Notes under the pieces: model-generated
The model's input: the letters and a program-made list of their open reading frames with translations, nothing else
Told to the model about the DNA's origin: nothing
Databases searched by the model: none
In this document: in pieces, positions 1 through 10,805 of the stretch
Position numbering within the stretch: position 1 is the stretch's first letter
How the letters are laid out: every line of letters begins with the position of its first letter
Translations under genes and position numbers: made by a program
From: Vitreimonas sp.
Lineage (GTDB): Bacteria > Patescibacteriota > Microgenomatia > UBA1400 > PJMF01
NCBI GenBank assembly: GCA_035627515.1
Contig: DASPLQ010000012.1
Coordinates: 1,034,331 to 1,098,330 of the forward strand
Direction: 5' to 3'
Length of the DNA: 64,000 nt

Positions 1-58
1 TACTTACTGAAGAAAGAGGAAACAGAAGTGGGGAGCGTGAAAACACGTGCAGACATGA

Positions 59-811
59 TTGAAGTATCATAGTAAGATGCAGCCTATGAATGCAACAGAT
101 AAAATTGCCATTGTCATTCCCGCCGCCAATGAAAGTGAAACTATTATTGAGTTTGCACAACAGTTATTACTGGAGAGTCGTAAACAACGAGCTCAAGCGG
201 AACTTTTTTTTGTTTTAGACCACGCCTCTAAAGATGATACGCTGCAAAAACTGCAAAAATTTGCACGTCGCCGGCCAGAAATCCATGTCATATTTGAGCC
301 TAAAAATCGCAATGTAGTTGACGCATATGTGCGTGGTTATAAAGAAGCTCTCAAATCAAAGTGCAAATGGTTTATCGAGATGGACTGTGGGTTTTCGCAT
401 CTACCTTCTGAACTAGGTTTATTTATTGGTGGCTTGAGGGCAGGTTACGACTGTGTTTTTGGCATCAGACCACTCTGGTCATTTCAATATCAGGTGCCTT
501 TAAAACGCCGAGTGCTGAGTTTAGGTGGGACTATTATTTCTAATCTCTGTTTAGGTACCCAATTTAGCGATATGACCTCAGGTTATGAGGCTTTCACCCG
601 AGCCGCCATCACTAAAATTTTATCTAAACCGCTTAAATCGACCGGTAACTTTTGGCACGTAGAGATGCGCTATCGTGCCCGCAAAATGCGCTGGACTGAA
701 GTCCGAATCACCTATCAGTTTCCCAGTGCCAGCGTCCGCTCTAAAACGGTCAATGATGCCTTTGGAGTGTTGTGGGATCTGACTCAACGACGGTGGAGTG
801 GCAAAGCGTAA
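59..811 (+). CDS. GT2 polyprenyl-phosphate glycosyltransferase (Dpm1/ArnC/GtrB-like)
   Basis: N-terminal IAIVIPAANE and a FIEMD DxD-like segment. The SGYEAFTR loop is typical of Dpm1/GtrB-type GT2 enzymes. The start is uncertain: TTG at 59, ATG at 77 or 86. Confidence 0.7.
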   Translation: MKYHSKMQPMNATDKIAIVIPAANESETIIEFAQQLLLESRKQRAQAELFFVLDHASKDDTLQKLQKFARRRPEIHVIFEPKNRNVVDAYVRGYKEALKSKCKWFIEMDCGFSHLPSELGLFIGGLRAGYDCVFGIRPLWSFQYQVPLKRRVLSLGGTIISNLCLGTQFSDMTSGYEAFTRAAITKILSKPLKSTGNFWHVEMRYRARKMRWTEVRITYQFPSASVRSKTVNDAFGVLWDLTQRRWSGKA

Positions 812-818
812 AAGACGC

Positions 819-1961
819 TTATTTTTTTCCAAAGAACTGTCGCACCGTTTTGATAACTAAGTTTTGCTCTTGCTGAGTGAGATCATAGAAAAGTGGTAAG
901 CGCAGCAAGGTATCAGAGGTCTTATCAGTGACAGACATATTTCCTACAAACCGTCCATACTTTTTGCCAGCTGGTGCTGAGTGGAGAGGGATGTAATGGA
1001 ATACGCTTAAGATATTTTGTTTTTTAAGTTCATCGATCAGTGCCGTTCGGGTTTCGAGGCTGTCCAGCAGAATATAGTACATATGAGCATTGTGTTCGCA
1101 GGTTTCAGGAATGATTGGTCTTCTGAGGTCTCCTGCTTGCTCAAGGTCGGCAAAAGCAGTGTGGTATTTTTCCCAGACTTTAATCCGTTTCTTGGTGATT
1201 AAGCTCGACTTTTCAAGCTGTGCATACAGGAAGGCAGCAATGACTTCTCCGGGCAAATAGGAGGAGCCAATATCTACCCAAGTATATTTATCCACTTGCC
1301 CACGGAAAAACTTACTGCGGTTAGTGCCTTTTTCACGGATGATTTCAGCTCGTTCAATAAACCGTTGATCATTAACTAACAGACACCCACCCTCACCAGA
1401 AATGACGTTTTTAGTTTCGTGAAAACTATAAGCACCTATGTGACCAATGGTGCCTAATTGCTGGCCTTTATATCGGGATAGAAAACCTTGGGCGGCATCT
1501 TCGAGGACCAACAAGTTGTGTTTGGCTGCGAGCTTCATGATGACATCCATCTCACAACCCACTCCGGCATAATGTACTGGCGCAATGGCTTTAGTTTTTT
1601 TGGTAATGGCATTTTCGAGGAGTTTTTCATCCAGATTGAGAGTATCGGGGCGAATATCCACAAAAACTGGTACTCCACCTCTCAATACATACGCATTGGC
1701 AGTGGAAACAAAAGTAAAAGAGGGCATGATAACTTCATCACCAGGTTGAATATCTGCCAGAATAGCCGACATTTCTAAAGCAGCTGTACAGGAATGAGTC
1801 AATAGTGCTTTACGGGTGCCGGTTTTTCGCTCTAACCATTGATGGCATTTCTTGGTGAAGTAACCATCTCCAGCCAAAGCTCCTTTTAAGTGTGCTTGGC
1901 TAATATATGCGAGCTCTTTATCGGTGACATGGGGTTTGTTGAAAGGAATTTTCATAGGCAT
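819..1961 (-). CDS. DegT/DnrJ/EryC1/StrS-family PLP-dependent sugar aminotransferase
   Basis: The motif FHETKNVISGEGGCLLVND contains the PLP-lysine. MKIPFNKP is a typical WecE/ArnB-like N-terminus. The start is probably ATG 1961 or 1955, overlapping the upstream gene's stop. Confidence 0.85.
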   Translation of the reverse strand: MPMKIPFNKPHVTDKELAYISQAHLKGALAGDGYFTKKCHQWLERKTGTRKALLTHSCTAALEMSAILADIQPGDEVIMPSFTFVSTANAYVLRGGVPVFVDIRPDTLNLDEKLLENAITKKTKAIAPVHYAGVGCEMDVIMKLAAKHNLLVLEDAAQGFLSRYKGQQLGTIGHIGAYSFHETKNVISGEGGCLLVNDQRFIERAEIIREKGTNRSKFFRGQVDKYTWVDIGSSYLPGEVIAAFLYAQLEKSSLITKKRIKVWEKYHTAFADLEQAGDLRRPIIPETCEHNAHMYYILLDSLETRTALIDELKKQNILSVFHYIPLHSAPAGKKYGRFVGNMSVTDKTSDTLLRLPLFYDLTQQEQNLVIKTVRQFFGKK

Positions 1962-2683
1962 TATGATAACCAAAAATGATAAATATATTGAATTTTTTCT
2001 ATCTCAAAACCTTGTTTTTCGTAAAATGCACATGCGCCGGTGTTGGCTTGTTGGGTGACGACTTGTATTTGGTTATACCCCCATTGCAGAGTGGTGTCAA
2101 AAGCTGTTTGCATCAACTGTTGACCAATTCCCTGACCCCGATACTGTTCATCTACCGCTAGTAAGCCAATATCAGCGCGGTGGTTTTTTTCACCCAGTGT
2201 TAGTAAGCCGGCCGGAACACCTTCTTTTTCATAGACCAATACTTCTCGAGCAATCTCACCTTTGAGTGAATTATCAAGCCAGGTGCGATACAAACGAGCA
2301 GCCTCACTTTTCAGGTGAGGATCAAGGGCATACCGTGAGTATGCACTGCTTTGGAGGGCTAAATTATAGAGTGATTTTGAGGCTGGTTGGTGCAAGTAGG
2401 AACGAATTGATGGCTGATTGTTGAATGATTGATCGAGAGGCACAGTTCGCAGGTAGGTAGTTTTTTTATCAGCTAAGAAGGCAGTTTGATTGGCAGCAGC
2501 TTGTTGAGAGTTTAGATCATCTGGCTCCACAGCCCAATAGACTAATTGGACCTTATCAGTTTTGAGTTCATTAAGTTGGGATGCTAACTCACCATTGTTG
2601 CTGACTGTGCCTTCCAGCTGACAAACTTTATAGCCAAAAAAGGTGCTATCCCATGGTAAGTGATGAGCGCTCAAGCTAGACAT
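1961..2683 (-). CDS. GNAT N-acetyltransferase, WecD (TDP-fucosamine acetyltransferase)-like
   Basis: The N-terminus LPWDSTFFG parallels E. coli WecD LTWENAFFG. The C-terminal GNAT core is QYRGQGIGQQLMQTA. The gene is adjacent to the aminotransferase. Confidence 0.6.
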   Translation of the reverse strand: MSSLSAHHLPWDSTFFGYKVCQLEGTVSNNGELASQLNELKTDKVQLVYWAVEPDDLNSQQAAANQTAFLADKKTTYLRTVPLDQSFNNQPSIRSYLHQPASKSLYNLALQSSAYSRYALDPHLKSEAARLYRTWLDNSLKGEIAREVLVYEKEGVPAGLLTLGEKNHRADIGLLAVDEQYRGQGIGQQLMQTAFDTTLQWGYNQIQVVTQQANTGACAFYEKQGFEIEKIQYIYHFWLS

Positions 2684-2685
2684 GA

Positions 2686-3660
2686 TTAGATGCGACTAAC
2701 CCAATCTTGATAAACGGCTGTTAACGTTTCTCGTAAAGAGTATTGTTGCTTCCAGCCTAAGGCTTGTAACTTACTATTATCACCTACCAGCAGCGGTTCA
2801 TCGGAAGGTCGGTGTAAGCCAGGGTCACTTTCTACCGTGACGTCTAAGCCTGAAATATCAATTAATTCTGTCAGCACGTCACTGATTTTATGACTTTGGC
2901 CAGTACAGATGTTAATTGCTTCGCCGGCCTGGCCTTTTTCCAGTAATAATAACAACGCACGAGCGCCATCGCGGACGTCGATAAAATCGCGGGCTGATTC
3001 TAAGTTACCTACTTTAATAACGGGTTCAAGTTTACCTTTACTCATCAATGCCAATTGGCGAGCAAAATTTTGAATAGCAGTGGCGGGTGGATGGCCGGTT
3101 CCCACATGAATAAACAAGCGTGGCAGAAAAACGTTCATCCCATAATTGTGAAAGAACTGGAAACCCAGGGCTTCAGTAGCCATTTTACTGACACCATACG
3201 GTGTAATGGGGTGCAAAGGTTGAGTTTCTTTGAGAGGGCAATCCTTGATGTCAAACGCTCCATACTCCGCACTACTACAAGCTAACAAGACTTGTGCCTG
3301 AGGAGTTATCTCTCGCGCACATTGTAGGACATGGTGGGTGCCCAAGTAATTGGTTTGATGAGTCAAAGTCTCCATCTCCCATGACATGCCATTAAAAGCT
3401 TGGGCTGCCATGTGGACAACGACATCAGGTTTGACTTTTTTAAAAACCTTAGCTAATGCACCTTGATCAAGAATATCGCATCTAAAAACATTGGCAGCGT
3501 CTTCACCACCTAAACGGCTGGCAGCACTACTACGGGCTAAGCCAAAGACCTTGTATCCAGCGGCAGTAGCTTGGTCAGCAATATGGGTGCCAATCATACC
3601 GGTGATACCGGTAATGAGCATTACTCGTTGGTTGGTTACTTGCGGAAGGTTTTTAGCCAT
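2686..3660 (-). CDS. NAD-dependent sugar-nucleotide 4,6-dehydratase/epimerase (SDR), Gmd-like
   Basis: Rossmann motif ITGITGMIG and catalytic PYGVSK (YxxxK) are present. It sits in the same operon as fcl and the aminotransferase. The specific substrate is inferred. Confidence 0.55.
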   Translation of the reverse strand: MAKNLPQVTNQRVMLITGITGMIGTHIADQATAAGYKVFGLARSSAASRLGGEDAANVFRCDILDQGALAKVFKKVKPDVVVHMAAQAFNGMSWEMETLTHQTNYLGTHHVLQCAREITPQAQVLLACSSAEYGAFDIKDCPLKETQPLHPITPYGVSKMATEALGFQFFHNYGMNVFLPRLFIHVGTGHPPATAIQNFARQLALMSKGKLEPVIKVGNLESARDFIDVRDGARALLLLLEKGQAGEAINICTGQSHKISDVLTELIDISGLDVTVESDPGLHRPSDEPLLVGDNSKLQALGWKQQYSLRETLTAVYQDWVSRI

Positions 3661-4619
3661 AATTCAAGAAGAGGTAGTTCTTCGGCTGGAACGATCTGAG
3701 CCGAATGTAATGCTTGATACACGTTCCACATATTATCAATGAGTGAGTCGGTTGATTTGACAGCACCGGTGGCAATTTCGATCACTTTCTCTGGATACAG
3801 ATAGCAGGGAATTTCTGATTCAAAGTCTTTTAAGTAATTGTGGGGGTTCCGCTTTTGAATGACAGTGGCTTGGCCAAAGGCTAAGCGATACGGCGTGTTC
3901 CATAGTAAAGGTTGGGCGACTAAACCGCGCAAAATATCAGTATACCTAAAGGTCACAAAAGCCGGTAAATAGAGCAAGGGAAACAGTTCCTGCCGGAAAA
4001 AGGTGTTTTGTGAATTAAAAGGGCACACGGTACCTTTTTCTAGAACTAATGGCTGTCGTTTGTCAAAGAAAATTAAGGTATTGTTAGTCAGACGATAAAT
4101 AGCATCGACGTCAGGATCTTCATCGGCCAAAAACTGCCAGACGCCAATTTCCTGTGGTGAAGTGCTAGCGGTTGCTTTTTGGGCACCGAGGATTTTATTG
4201 AGTGGGTAACCACGTGGCCAAATATGTTTATCAGTGAAATATGAATAAATGTTGGTGAAACCTTGTACATTCAGCGTCTCGAGTTTGCCTTTCCATGGCA
4301 AATCTTGAGCCCAATTTTCATAGGGAATGTTATCATCATCGGTATCAGCAATGATTTCGGCACCGTGCTCGATAGCATACCGATAGCCGACGACTTTGCG
4401 TGTGTAACTATTCCAGGGTAGCTGTGACACAAACTCATAACCTAATTCAGTTTGAGCGGTAGGAGAGAGATAGGTCACATTTTCATATTGCCAGTCGGTA
4501 GGTGTTTTTTTATCACCTACTACGATCAAGTGCCAATCTTTTAAGGCCGCAAACTTTTGGACAGCTTCGGTAGGTTGAAAGATAGAAGTGATAACAATAT
4601 ATTTTTTCATGGAGTCCAT
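3636..4619 (-). CDS. Putative glycosyltransferase (STELLO/DUF288-like)
   Basis: IVITSIFQPTEAV...LIVVGDKKTP...DTDDDN resembles DUF288/STELLO GT-like proteins. Assigned from memory only. Confidence 0.35.
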   Translation of the reverse strand: MDSMKKYIVITSIFQPTEAVQKFAALKDWHLIVVGDKKTPTDWQYENVTYLSPTAQTELGYEFVSQLPWNSYTRKVVGYRYAIEHGAEIIADTDDDNIPYENWAQDLPWKGKLETLNVQGFTNIYSYFTDKHIWPRGYPLNKILGAQKATASTSPQEIGVWQFLADEDPDVDAIYRLTNNTLIFFDKRQPLVLEKGTVCPFNSQNTFFRQELFPLLYLPAFVTFRYTDILRGLVAQPLLWNTPYRLAFGQATVIQKRNPHNYLKDFESEIPCYLYPEKVIEIATGAVKSTDSLIDNMWNVYQALHSAQIVPAEELPLLELWLKTFRK

Positions 4620-5587
4620 TACTTAACTAGGTTCTTAAGATATTTTTTAAAGAAAGCTTCAGTGGTGTATTCTTTGGTAGCACGTTTGAAAGCTCGATCA
4701 ATCATTTTTTGATACTTAGGATAATCTGCCAACACCATCTCGATACTACTCTCTAAGGTATCCTCGTCAAAATAAATAAATTCTTTATTAGGCTCGAAGT
4801 AACGTTCGATAATATTAAATGGATCGCGTTTACATAAAATCAATGAGCGACCAAAAGCTGCTTCAAATAAACGGGCTTTTAGCTGCGGAACAATTACGTC
4901 ACCACTGAGCACTTTCCACGGCTGGTACCAGGGAGGCACTTCTTTGAACGCTTCATTTTTTTGATACTCTGGGTAGCGCCAAATATTGAGGAAATGATAT
5001 GGCTTGGGGCTCAACATATTATGAACTAACGTGATTTTAGACTGAGCGACGATCTTCATTTTTTCTTCATGAGTAGCACTGCGATTGGTGACTAAGGGGT
5101 GATCAGAGTTAGAAATGAAGCGATAATTAAATTTGCTAATAGTTTGGATATCTTGAAAAACTTTTTGTGACACGATATGCCCGGCGTAGACGATATCATA
5201 TTTCTTTTTGGCTTTTGCCGGGATATGTTTTTTGTTGAAAGGATAAAAAATGGGTATTCGTTTTTTATTGCCATGTTTTTTGTTTAACCACTCAGCCGTG
5301 TAAGGACATAAGGTGAGAATTTTATGAAAATAGTGATCGTAACTATCAGTATCATCGCCAATAAAAAATTTATTAGGTTCCTCAAATTCCATGCGGACAA
5401 TTTTCTTTTTGAGAAGAGCTTGGAGCTCGGTGTCACTGAGACCAAATTGATCCCACTGATTTACCTCTTCGAAACCACCTACAATTAACACAAAATCACC
5501 GGCTTGTTTGCTAAATTTATCGAGTTCAAAAAATTTGTTGTTATTTTGGGCGTAGCCGGATTTGTCGCTAATGTTTAAAACTTTCAT
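4619..5587 (-). CDS. Hypothetical protein in glycan operon (possible CgeB-like glycosyltransferase)
   Basis: Long ORF, co-directional and tightly packed within the glycan operon. No motif could be assigned with confidence. Confidence 0.5.
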   Translation of the reverse strand: MKVLNISDKSGYAQNNNKFFELDKFSKQAGDFVLIVGGFEEVNQWDQFGLSDTELQALLKKKIVRMEFEEPNKFFIGDDTDSYDHYFHKILTLCPYTAEWLNKKHGNKKRIPIFYPFNKKHIPAKAKKKYDIVYAGHIVSQKVFQDIQTISKFNYRFISNSDHPLVTNRSATHEEKMKIVAQSKITLVHNMLSPKPYHFLNIWRYPEYQKNEAFKEVPPWYQPWKVLSGDVIVPQLKARLFEAAFGRSLILCKRDPFNIIERYFEPNKEFIYFDEDTLESSIEMVLADYPKYQKMIDRAFKRATKEYTTEAFFKKYLKNLVK

Positions 5588-5640
5588 ACGGTGTGTCTCT
5601 CTTTATTACGCCAGTATAACACTTTGTTTTTCACCTTCAA

Positions 5641-6783
5641 TCAAGAGTGTTTAACAACAGTGTGGTCTTGTAAATGTCGGACAATAATTTGACTGGGTTT
5701 TACGGCTGGCTTAACGGGGGACTTACGATAGCGTGAATAATGAGCCACAAAATCATGGATAATGTTAGGATCAAGTTGGCTGATGACCACATTGTGATCT
5801 AAGCCTTCAATTCTTTCAGTAGTGGTGCGCATCACCAAACAAGGTTTGCCTAGATAATATGATTCCTCCTGATTGCTTCCCCCATCCGTAATAATAAACT
5901 CACAACCAGCCAATAGCTGCATCATCGTTGGATACTCTAAGCGAGGAGTTAAAATAATATTGGGATGACTCTTTAGCTTTTCCAAGAGATCATACTGTTT
6001 CAAATACGTTTCAGTCAGATGATGGAGAATGAAAACACCAGGGTGCTGATTAGCCACAGTCAGAATTTCATCGAGCAAATTCGTGACGACTGATTGATTC
6101 ATTAAGTTTTCTTGGCGGTGGATAACGCACACAAAATAGGCTTGGTTTTTGATGGGTTTTAAAAACGGTAAAGGTGTGCGCTTTGATAACACGAGATGCA
6201 AGCTATCAAGCAAGGTGTTTTGCTGAGTATTTACTTTAACACCCCGATGTTTGGACAAGTTTTTAAGCGCCCATTCGTTGGGGGCAAAGTGAAGATTAAC
6301 TAACTTAGAGACTAAGACGCGAGTAATTTCTTCGGGAAATGGCTGCCACCAATTAAATGAGCGTAAGCCGGCCTCCAGATGAACAACGTTATACCCTAAC
6401 AGTTTGCCAATTACCGCTCCCATTAAAGTTGAGACAGTATCCCCATGAACAATAAAATAGCGATCTTGGGCAGGTTGTTGACGTAACTTCCGTAATTGCC
6501 AGATACCTTTGATCGTTCTTGAGAAAAACCACCCCAGATAGACCAGTGGGCTTTGTTTAGGTTTTTGTTGAGTGAGGATGTAGTGTGGCTTTTTTAACTC
6601 TAAGTACTCAAATAGTTCAGAGCCTTTGAGGTTGTTTTGCCCACTTGAGACAAGGAGATAGGGAAGCTGCTGAGCCTCTAATTCTTTGAGTACTGGCAGG
6701 AGTTTAATGAACTCGGCTGTAGTGCCGACAAAGAACACAAACTGTGAGCTCGACTGGTTAATCTTTTTGGACGATCTCATCAT
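5641..6783 (-). CDS. wecB: UDP-N-acetylglucosamine 2-epimerase (non-hydrolysing)
   Basis: HGDTVSTL and HLEAGLRSF motifs are characteristic of the WecB/MnaA family. The start was trimmed to MRSSKK to limit overlap with fcl. Confidence 0.75.
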   Translation of the reverse strand: MMRSSKKINQSSSQFVFFVGTTAEFIKLLPVLKELEAQQLPYLLVSSGQNNLKGSELFEYLELKKPHYILTQQKPKQSPLVYLGWFFSRTIKGIWQLRKLRQQPAQDRYFIVHGDTVSTLMGAVIGKLLGYNVVHLEAGLRSFNWWQPFPEEITRVLVSKLVNLHFAPNEWALKNLSKHRGVKVNTQQNTLLDSLHLVLSKRTPLPFLKPIKNQAYFVCVIHRQENLMNQSVVTNLLDEILTVANQHPGVFILHHLTETYLKQYDLLEKLKSHPNIILTPRLEYPTMMQLLAGCEFIITDGGSNQEESYYLGKPCLVMRTTTERIEGLDHNVVISQLDPNIIHDFVAHYSRYRKSPVKPAVKPSQIIVRHLQDHTVVKHS

Positions 6784-7705
6784 AATGTTCTTTAAACCAG
6801 TCATAGACTTTTTGTAAGCCGGTGGCAAGTTGGATTTTAGGTTTCCAACCCAAGGCTGTTAGCTTAGTCATGTCTAGCTGTTTGCGTGGAGTTCCATTCG
6901 GTTTATTTCTGTCCCATTTAATCTCACCCTCATACCCTACAATTTCTTGAACAGTTTCGGCGAGTTGTTTGATGGTCATGTCTTGACCGGTACCGATATT
7001 AATAATCTCTGAACTATCATAGTTTTCCATGAGGAATAAACAGGCATCTGCCAAGTCATCGACGTGCAAAAACTCTCGGAAGACCTCACCTGTGCCCCAG
7101 AGTGTCACACTTGGTTTATTATTGATCTTGGCTTCATGAAATTTCCGGATTAACGCTGGCAGAACATGGGAGTTTTTTAAATCGAAGTTATCATTAGGGC
7201 CATACAAATTAGTAGGCATCACAGAAATAAAGTTAGTCCCGTATTGCGAGTTGTAACTCTGGCACATCACGATGCCAGCAATTTTAGCGACTGCGTAGGC
7301 GTCATTAGTTTCTTCTAGTGGCCCGGTTAATAAAAACTCTTCTTTAATAGGTTGTGGGCTGAGTTTGGGGTAAATACACGATGAACCTAAAAACAGTAAT
7401 TTTTTTACGCCGTGTTTCCAGGCTGCATGAATGACGTTGTTTTGAAGTTGGAGATTTTCGTAAATAAACTCAGCCTTTTGAGTCTTGTTGGCCATGATCC
7501 CGCCTACTTTAGCGGCTGCCAAAAAGACGTATTCAGGTTTTTCTTCAGCAAAAAAAGTTTCAACCGCTGCTTGGTTGAGTAGTTCTAGTTCTTTGCGAGT
7601 ACGGGTAAGGATATTTTTATAACCGGCTTTTTGTAGACGGCGCAGCAGCGCTGAGCCCACTAGACCACGATAGCCTGCTAAAAAAATTTTTGCGTTTTTT
7701 TTCAT
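6758..7705 (-). CDS. fcl: GDP-L-fucose synthase (GDP-4-keto-6-deoxymannose 3,5-epimerase/4-reductase)
   Basis: N-terminus [19 protein letters not shown] matches Fcl/WcaG. SDR fold with YxxxK. Confidence 0.8.
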   Translation of the reverse strand: MKKNAKIFLAGYRGLVGSALLRRLQKAGYKNILTRTRKELELLNQAAVETFFAEEKPEYVFLAAAKVGGIMANKTQKAEFIYENLQLQNNVIHAAWKHGVKKLLFLGSSCIYPKLSPQPIKEEFLLTGPLEETNDAYAVAKIAGIVMCQSYNSQYGTNFISVMPTNLYGPNDNFDLKNSHVLPALIRKFHEAKINNKPSVTLWGTGEVFREFLHVDDLADACLFLMENYDSSEIINIGTGQDMTIKQLAETVQEIVGYEGEIKWDRNKPNGTPRKQLDMTKLTALGWKPKIQLATGLQKVYDWFKEHYDEIVQKD

Positions 7706-7713
7706 AACACTCC

Positions 7714-8511
7714 TCAGGTATTCACCACTTGTAAATCAGCTGGTTCCTGGAAATTTTGATGAGGATGCTGATAATAGTTAATGATTTTTGCCCGGTAGAA
7801 GATGGCTAGGGTATCAACAAAGATCCCACGAATCTCTTTGAGTGTAGCAGCTGAAGTCAGAGAACTCAAACCATAATTGAGCTTTATCGGCGCTTCAAAG
7901 ATCCGAGTATAACCCAGTTGGTAAGCAATGACCAACATTTCGAGGTCACCTGCAAACCGCTTTTCGACTACGCGGGGTAAGATCTTCATCAATAGCTCCC
8001 GTTTGAAGACTTTAATACCAGCTTGGGTATCAGTAATCTGGATGCCAAACAGTAATTTTACAAAATAATAATAACCGTAACTGAGTAACTTTCTTTGCCA
8101 GGTATACTCCACTTGTGAAGCAGGGTGGCGTTTGGAGCCCACAATAATGTCGGCGTTATACCATTCCATATGTTCCAATAACATCGAGATGCCATTGGGG
8201 TCAATTTCCATGCCTGAATCAATAAACATGATGTACTCACCTTGGGCACGGCTCATGCCCAAACGAATCGCAAAGCTCTTGCCCTGATTTTGATCATAGG
8301 CTAGGCAAGTTAGGCGAGGTAACTTGGCTTTTTGTAGTCGTTCTAGGGTGTCGTCAGTGTGGCCGTCAATAACCACAATCAATTCGTGTTCATACCTGAC
8401 TTGCTCAAGCACTTTTTGAAGATGCTTAATGTTTTTGACAATTGTGGGACCCTGGCGATAGGCGGGAACAATCAGACTGAGCTTGGGGGCAGTGAGCGAG
8501 GTGTGTGCCAT
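7714..8511 (-). CDS. GT2 polyprenyl-phosphate glycosyltransferase (Dpm1/GtrB-like)
   Basis: [10 protein letters not shown] and [10 protein letters not shown] are present. [13 protein letters not shown] corresponds to the Dpm1/GtrB acceptor-loop signature. Confidence 0.7.
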   Translation of the reverse strand: MAHTSLTAPKLSLIVPAYRQGPTIVKNIKHLQKVLEQVRYEHELIVVIDGHTDDTLERLQKAKLPRLTCLAYDQNQGKSFAIRLGMSRAQGEYIMFIDSGMEIDPNGISMLLEHMEWYNADIIVGSKRHPASQVEYTWQRKLLSYGYYYFVKLLFGIQITDTQAGIKVFKRELLMKILPRVVEKRFAGDLEMLVIAYQLGYTRIFEAPIKLNYGLSSLTSAATLKEIRGIFVDTLAIFYRAKIINYYQHPHQNFQEPADLQVVNT

Positions 8512-9764
8512 ATGATGTGACGTAATTGAAAGAGATAGTACCCCAAAAGCAACAGATACACAAGAGTAGTCGCCATCATCACTGCTAAGAAATCATGATG
8601 ATATAACCAGATGGCTAAACCTTGCAGTCCCATGCCCAACAGTACAAATAAAGAATGGTGATTTTCCTGTGCTAACCAATAATACGTATGCAAGAAAACT
8701 AAGGAGTAGCTAGCGCCGTACAATCCAGCCAGCCAGACCACAGGTTGAATGACCATAAAGCGGGGGCCTAAAATCAAGGTAATCACAAAGTGGGGAAATA
8801 ACGTGTAGAAAAGAGCACTGCCTATACCAATGGCAGCAATTGCTAAACTGGTGACCAATAAAATCTTAGGGCTTTTTTGTTTCGTATCAGAGCCGGTAAA
8901 GTAAGCGTACGCTACTAACGATAGCGGTCCTGTCACGTAGGTAATGATTTTCCCGAGCAAGGTTAAGCCGGCATAGAGCCCCGTTTCATCTGGGGAAAGT
9001 AGTATTTTTACTACTACCATATCAATAGCGCTTAAACCAACCAAACCGAGTGTAACCAAGAGGGGCAAATAGACGCCACGTTTCTGTAAATAAGCACGGA
9101 CTTTAAGTGGCGTGGTGGGGCGAGAAGTATGGGAGCCAATTAAGTGATGGGTGTTTACCACCCAGCCTCCATAGATCAGTGTCACTACCTGAGACAAACT
9201 AATGATCAGATAAAGATACATTAAGTTAGGCAGTATAAATAGCAAAATTCCTCCTGCACTGAGTTTGATTAAGACGCTGAGAAACAGTAATCCTCCCGCT
9301 GCCCAAAATAATTTGTAGCCCTGAAATAATGACGTATAGATGACCGTGACTAATGAGATGAGCGAGAACACCAACACAAACAAAATACTAGATAGCCACA
9401 GATTACTTACATAAAAAAGGATCACGCTGATGCTGCTGAGCGTGACGATTAAAAGTCCCAGATGACTGATTGCCAAGGCTTGCAACATTTCGAGTAGCTG
9501 TCGAGTGCGTTGTGGACGGTGTTCTACTGCTGACTGGCTAATTTTTTGAGTCAACATCATGTTAATAGCACCCAGAGGCACACCCAATAAACTGAGATAC
9601 GACAAGCTGGTCATGTACTCGCCATATTCACTCAGTTGCAGTTTGCGCGCCACAATTAAAGCAAAAATATATTGGAGTAAACTTGCTCCAAATGAGACAG
9701 CTGAATAAATAGCGCTACTTCTCAGAAAATGATTGGTTAAGAGGCGGTGAAGAAGGGAATTCAT
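8472..9764 (-). CDS. Polysaccharide/oligosaccharide flippase (Wzx/MOP superfamily)
   Basis: 430-aa polytopic membrane protein with about 12 hydrophobic segments, inside the glycan operon. Confidence 0.6.
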   Translation of the reverse strand: MNSLLHRLLTNHFLRSSAIYSAVSFGASLLQYIFALIVARKLQLSEYGEYMTSLSYLSLLGVPLGAINMMLTQKISQSAVEHRPQRTRQLLEMLQALAISHLGLLIVTLSSISVILFYVSNLWLSSILFVLVFSLISLVTVIYTSLFQGYKLFWAAGGLLFLSVLIKLSAGGILLFILPNLMYLYLIISLSQVVTLIYGGWVVNTHHLIGSHTSRPTTPLKVRAYLQKRGVYLPLLVTLGLVGLSAIDMVVVKILLSPDETGLYAGLTLLGKIITYVTGPLSLVAYAYFTGSDTKQKSPKILLVTSLAIAAIGIGSALFYTLFPHFVITLILGPRFMVIQPVVWLAGLYGASYSLVFLHTYYWLAQENHHSLFVLLGMGLQGLAIWLYHHDFLAVMMATTLVYLLLLGYYLFQLRHIIWHTPRSLPPSSV

Positions 9765-10765
9765 GCTGATGAGCGTTGAAAGTAAGCAATCGTAGTTTTG
9801 AGGCCGTCAGCTAAAGAAATCACTGGTTGCCAACCCAGGACTTGTTGAGCTTTGGTAATGTCTGGTCGGCGGCGAGTAGGATCATCTTTAGGTAGTGGTC
9901 GCCAGTCAAAAGGCACTTCAGTGGCTTCAAGATGAATGAGCTGATATACGATCTCGGCTGTTTCTTTGACAGTATACTCACCGGGATTGCCAATATTAAT
10001 TGTTTCACCTGCCAAGCCCTCTTGCGAAGCCAAGCGTAAAATACCTTCTACTAAGTCATCAACAAAACAATAGGAACGAGTCTGTGAACCGTCGCCATAC
10101 ACCGTCAGTGGTTGATTAGCTAAAGCTTGCGACACAAATTGAGGAATCACTCGACCATCCACAGGATCAATACGAGGTCCAAAGGTATTAAAAATCCGGA
10201 CAATCCGCACGTCCATGCCTAAGTCGCGGTGGTGGATACCACAGATAGTTTCACCAAGACGTTTAGCTTCATCGTAACATGATCGAATTCCATTAGGATT
10301 GACGTTGCCCCAGTAACTCTCTGGCTGAGGATGAAGCTGTGGATCGCCATAAACTTCCGAAGTGCTGGCAAATATAAACCGAGCAGCTGGTGAGTGAGTG
10401 TGCAAATACTGGAGTAAATGATGGGTGCCCCAGACATTGACCTGGTAGGTTTCGATGGGATGAGCCTGATAGCGGGGAGGGCTAGCTGGGGAAGCAAAGT
10501 GAAAGACGTAATCTAAAACCTGTCCGGCAGGTAAGTAGCTGTCGGTAGGCTGAATCACATCGGCATTAATAAAGGTAAACTGGAAATTTTTCGAAGTTGA
10601 GTTGTCGTCTAATAAATGTGAGAGGTTTTCTAAACGACCGGTCAATAAGTTATCAACGCCGATCACTGACGCTCCCTCAGAGAGGAGATGATCACAGAGG
10701 TGCGAACCAATAAAGCCCGCTGCTCCCGTGACTACCACAGTTTTGCCAGAAAAGCGCATACTCAT
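9761..10765 (-). CDS. UDP-glucuronate decarboxylase-like SDR (UXS/ArnA C-terminal-domain-like)
   Basis: KTVVVTGAAGFIGSHLCDHLL...VIGVDNLLTG resembles UDP-xylose synthase. The start was trimmed to MSMRFSGK. Confidence 0.65.
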   Translation of the reverse strand: MSMRFSGKTVVVTGAAGFIGSHLCDHLLSEGASVIGVDNLLTGRLENLSHLLDDNSTSKNFQFTFINADVIQPTDSYLPAGQVLDYVFHFASPASPPRYQAHPIETYQVNVWGTHHLLQYLHTHSPAARFIFASTSEVYGDPQLHPQPESYWGNVNPNGIRSCYDEAKRLGETICGIHHRDLGMDVRIVRIFNTFGPRIDPVDGRVIPQFVSQALANQPLTVYGDGSQTRSYCFVDDLVEGILRLASQEGLAGETINIGNPGEYTVKETAEIVYQLIHLEATEVPFDWRPLPKDDPTRRRPDITKAQQVLGWQPVISLADGLKTTIAYFQRSSA

Positions 10766-10805
10766 GGTATGTAGTATATAGTAGAATGAAACTCTCGCAA
10801 ACATC

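Noticed and set aside
1017-1778. Antisense ORFs 1017..1202 and 1488..1778 inside the aminotransferase gene
   Set aside because: They lie entirely within a well-supported CDS on the opposite strand. Such antisense ORFs (also 3055..3285, 18234..18467, 55785..56159, 56701..56940, 50581..50937, 61774..62037) are typical random ORFs.
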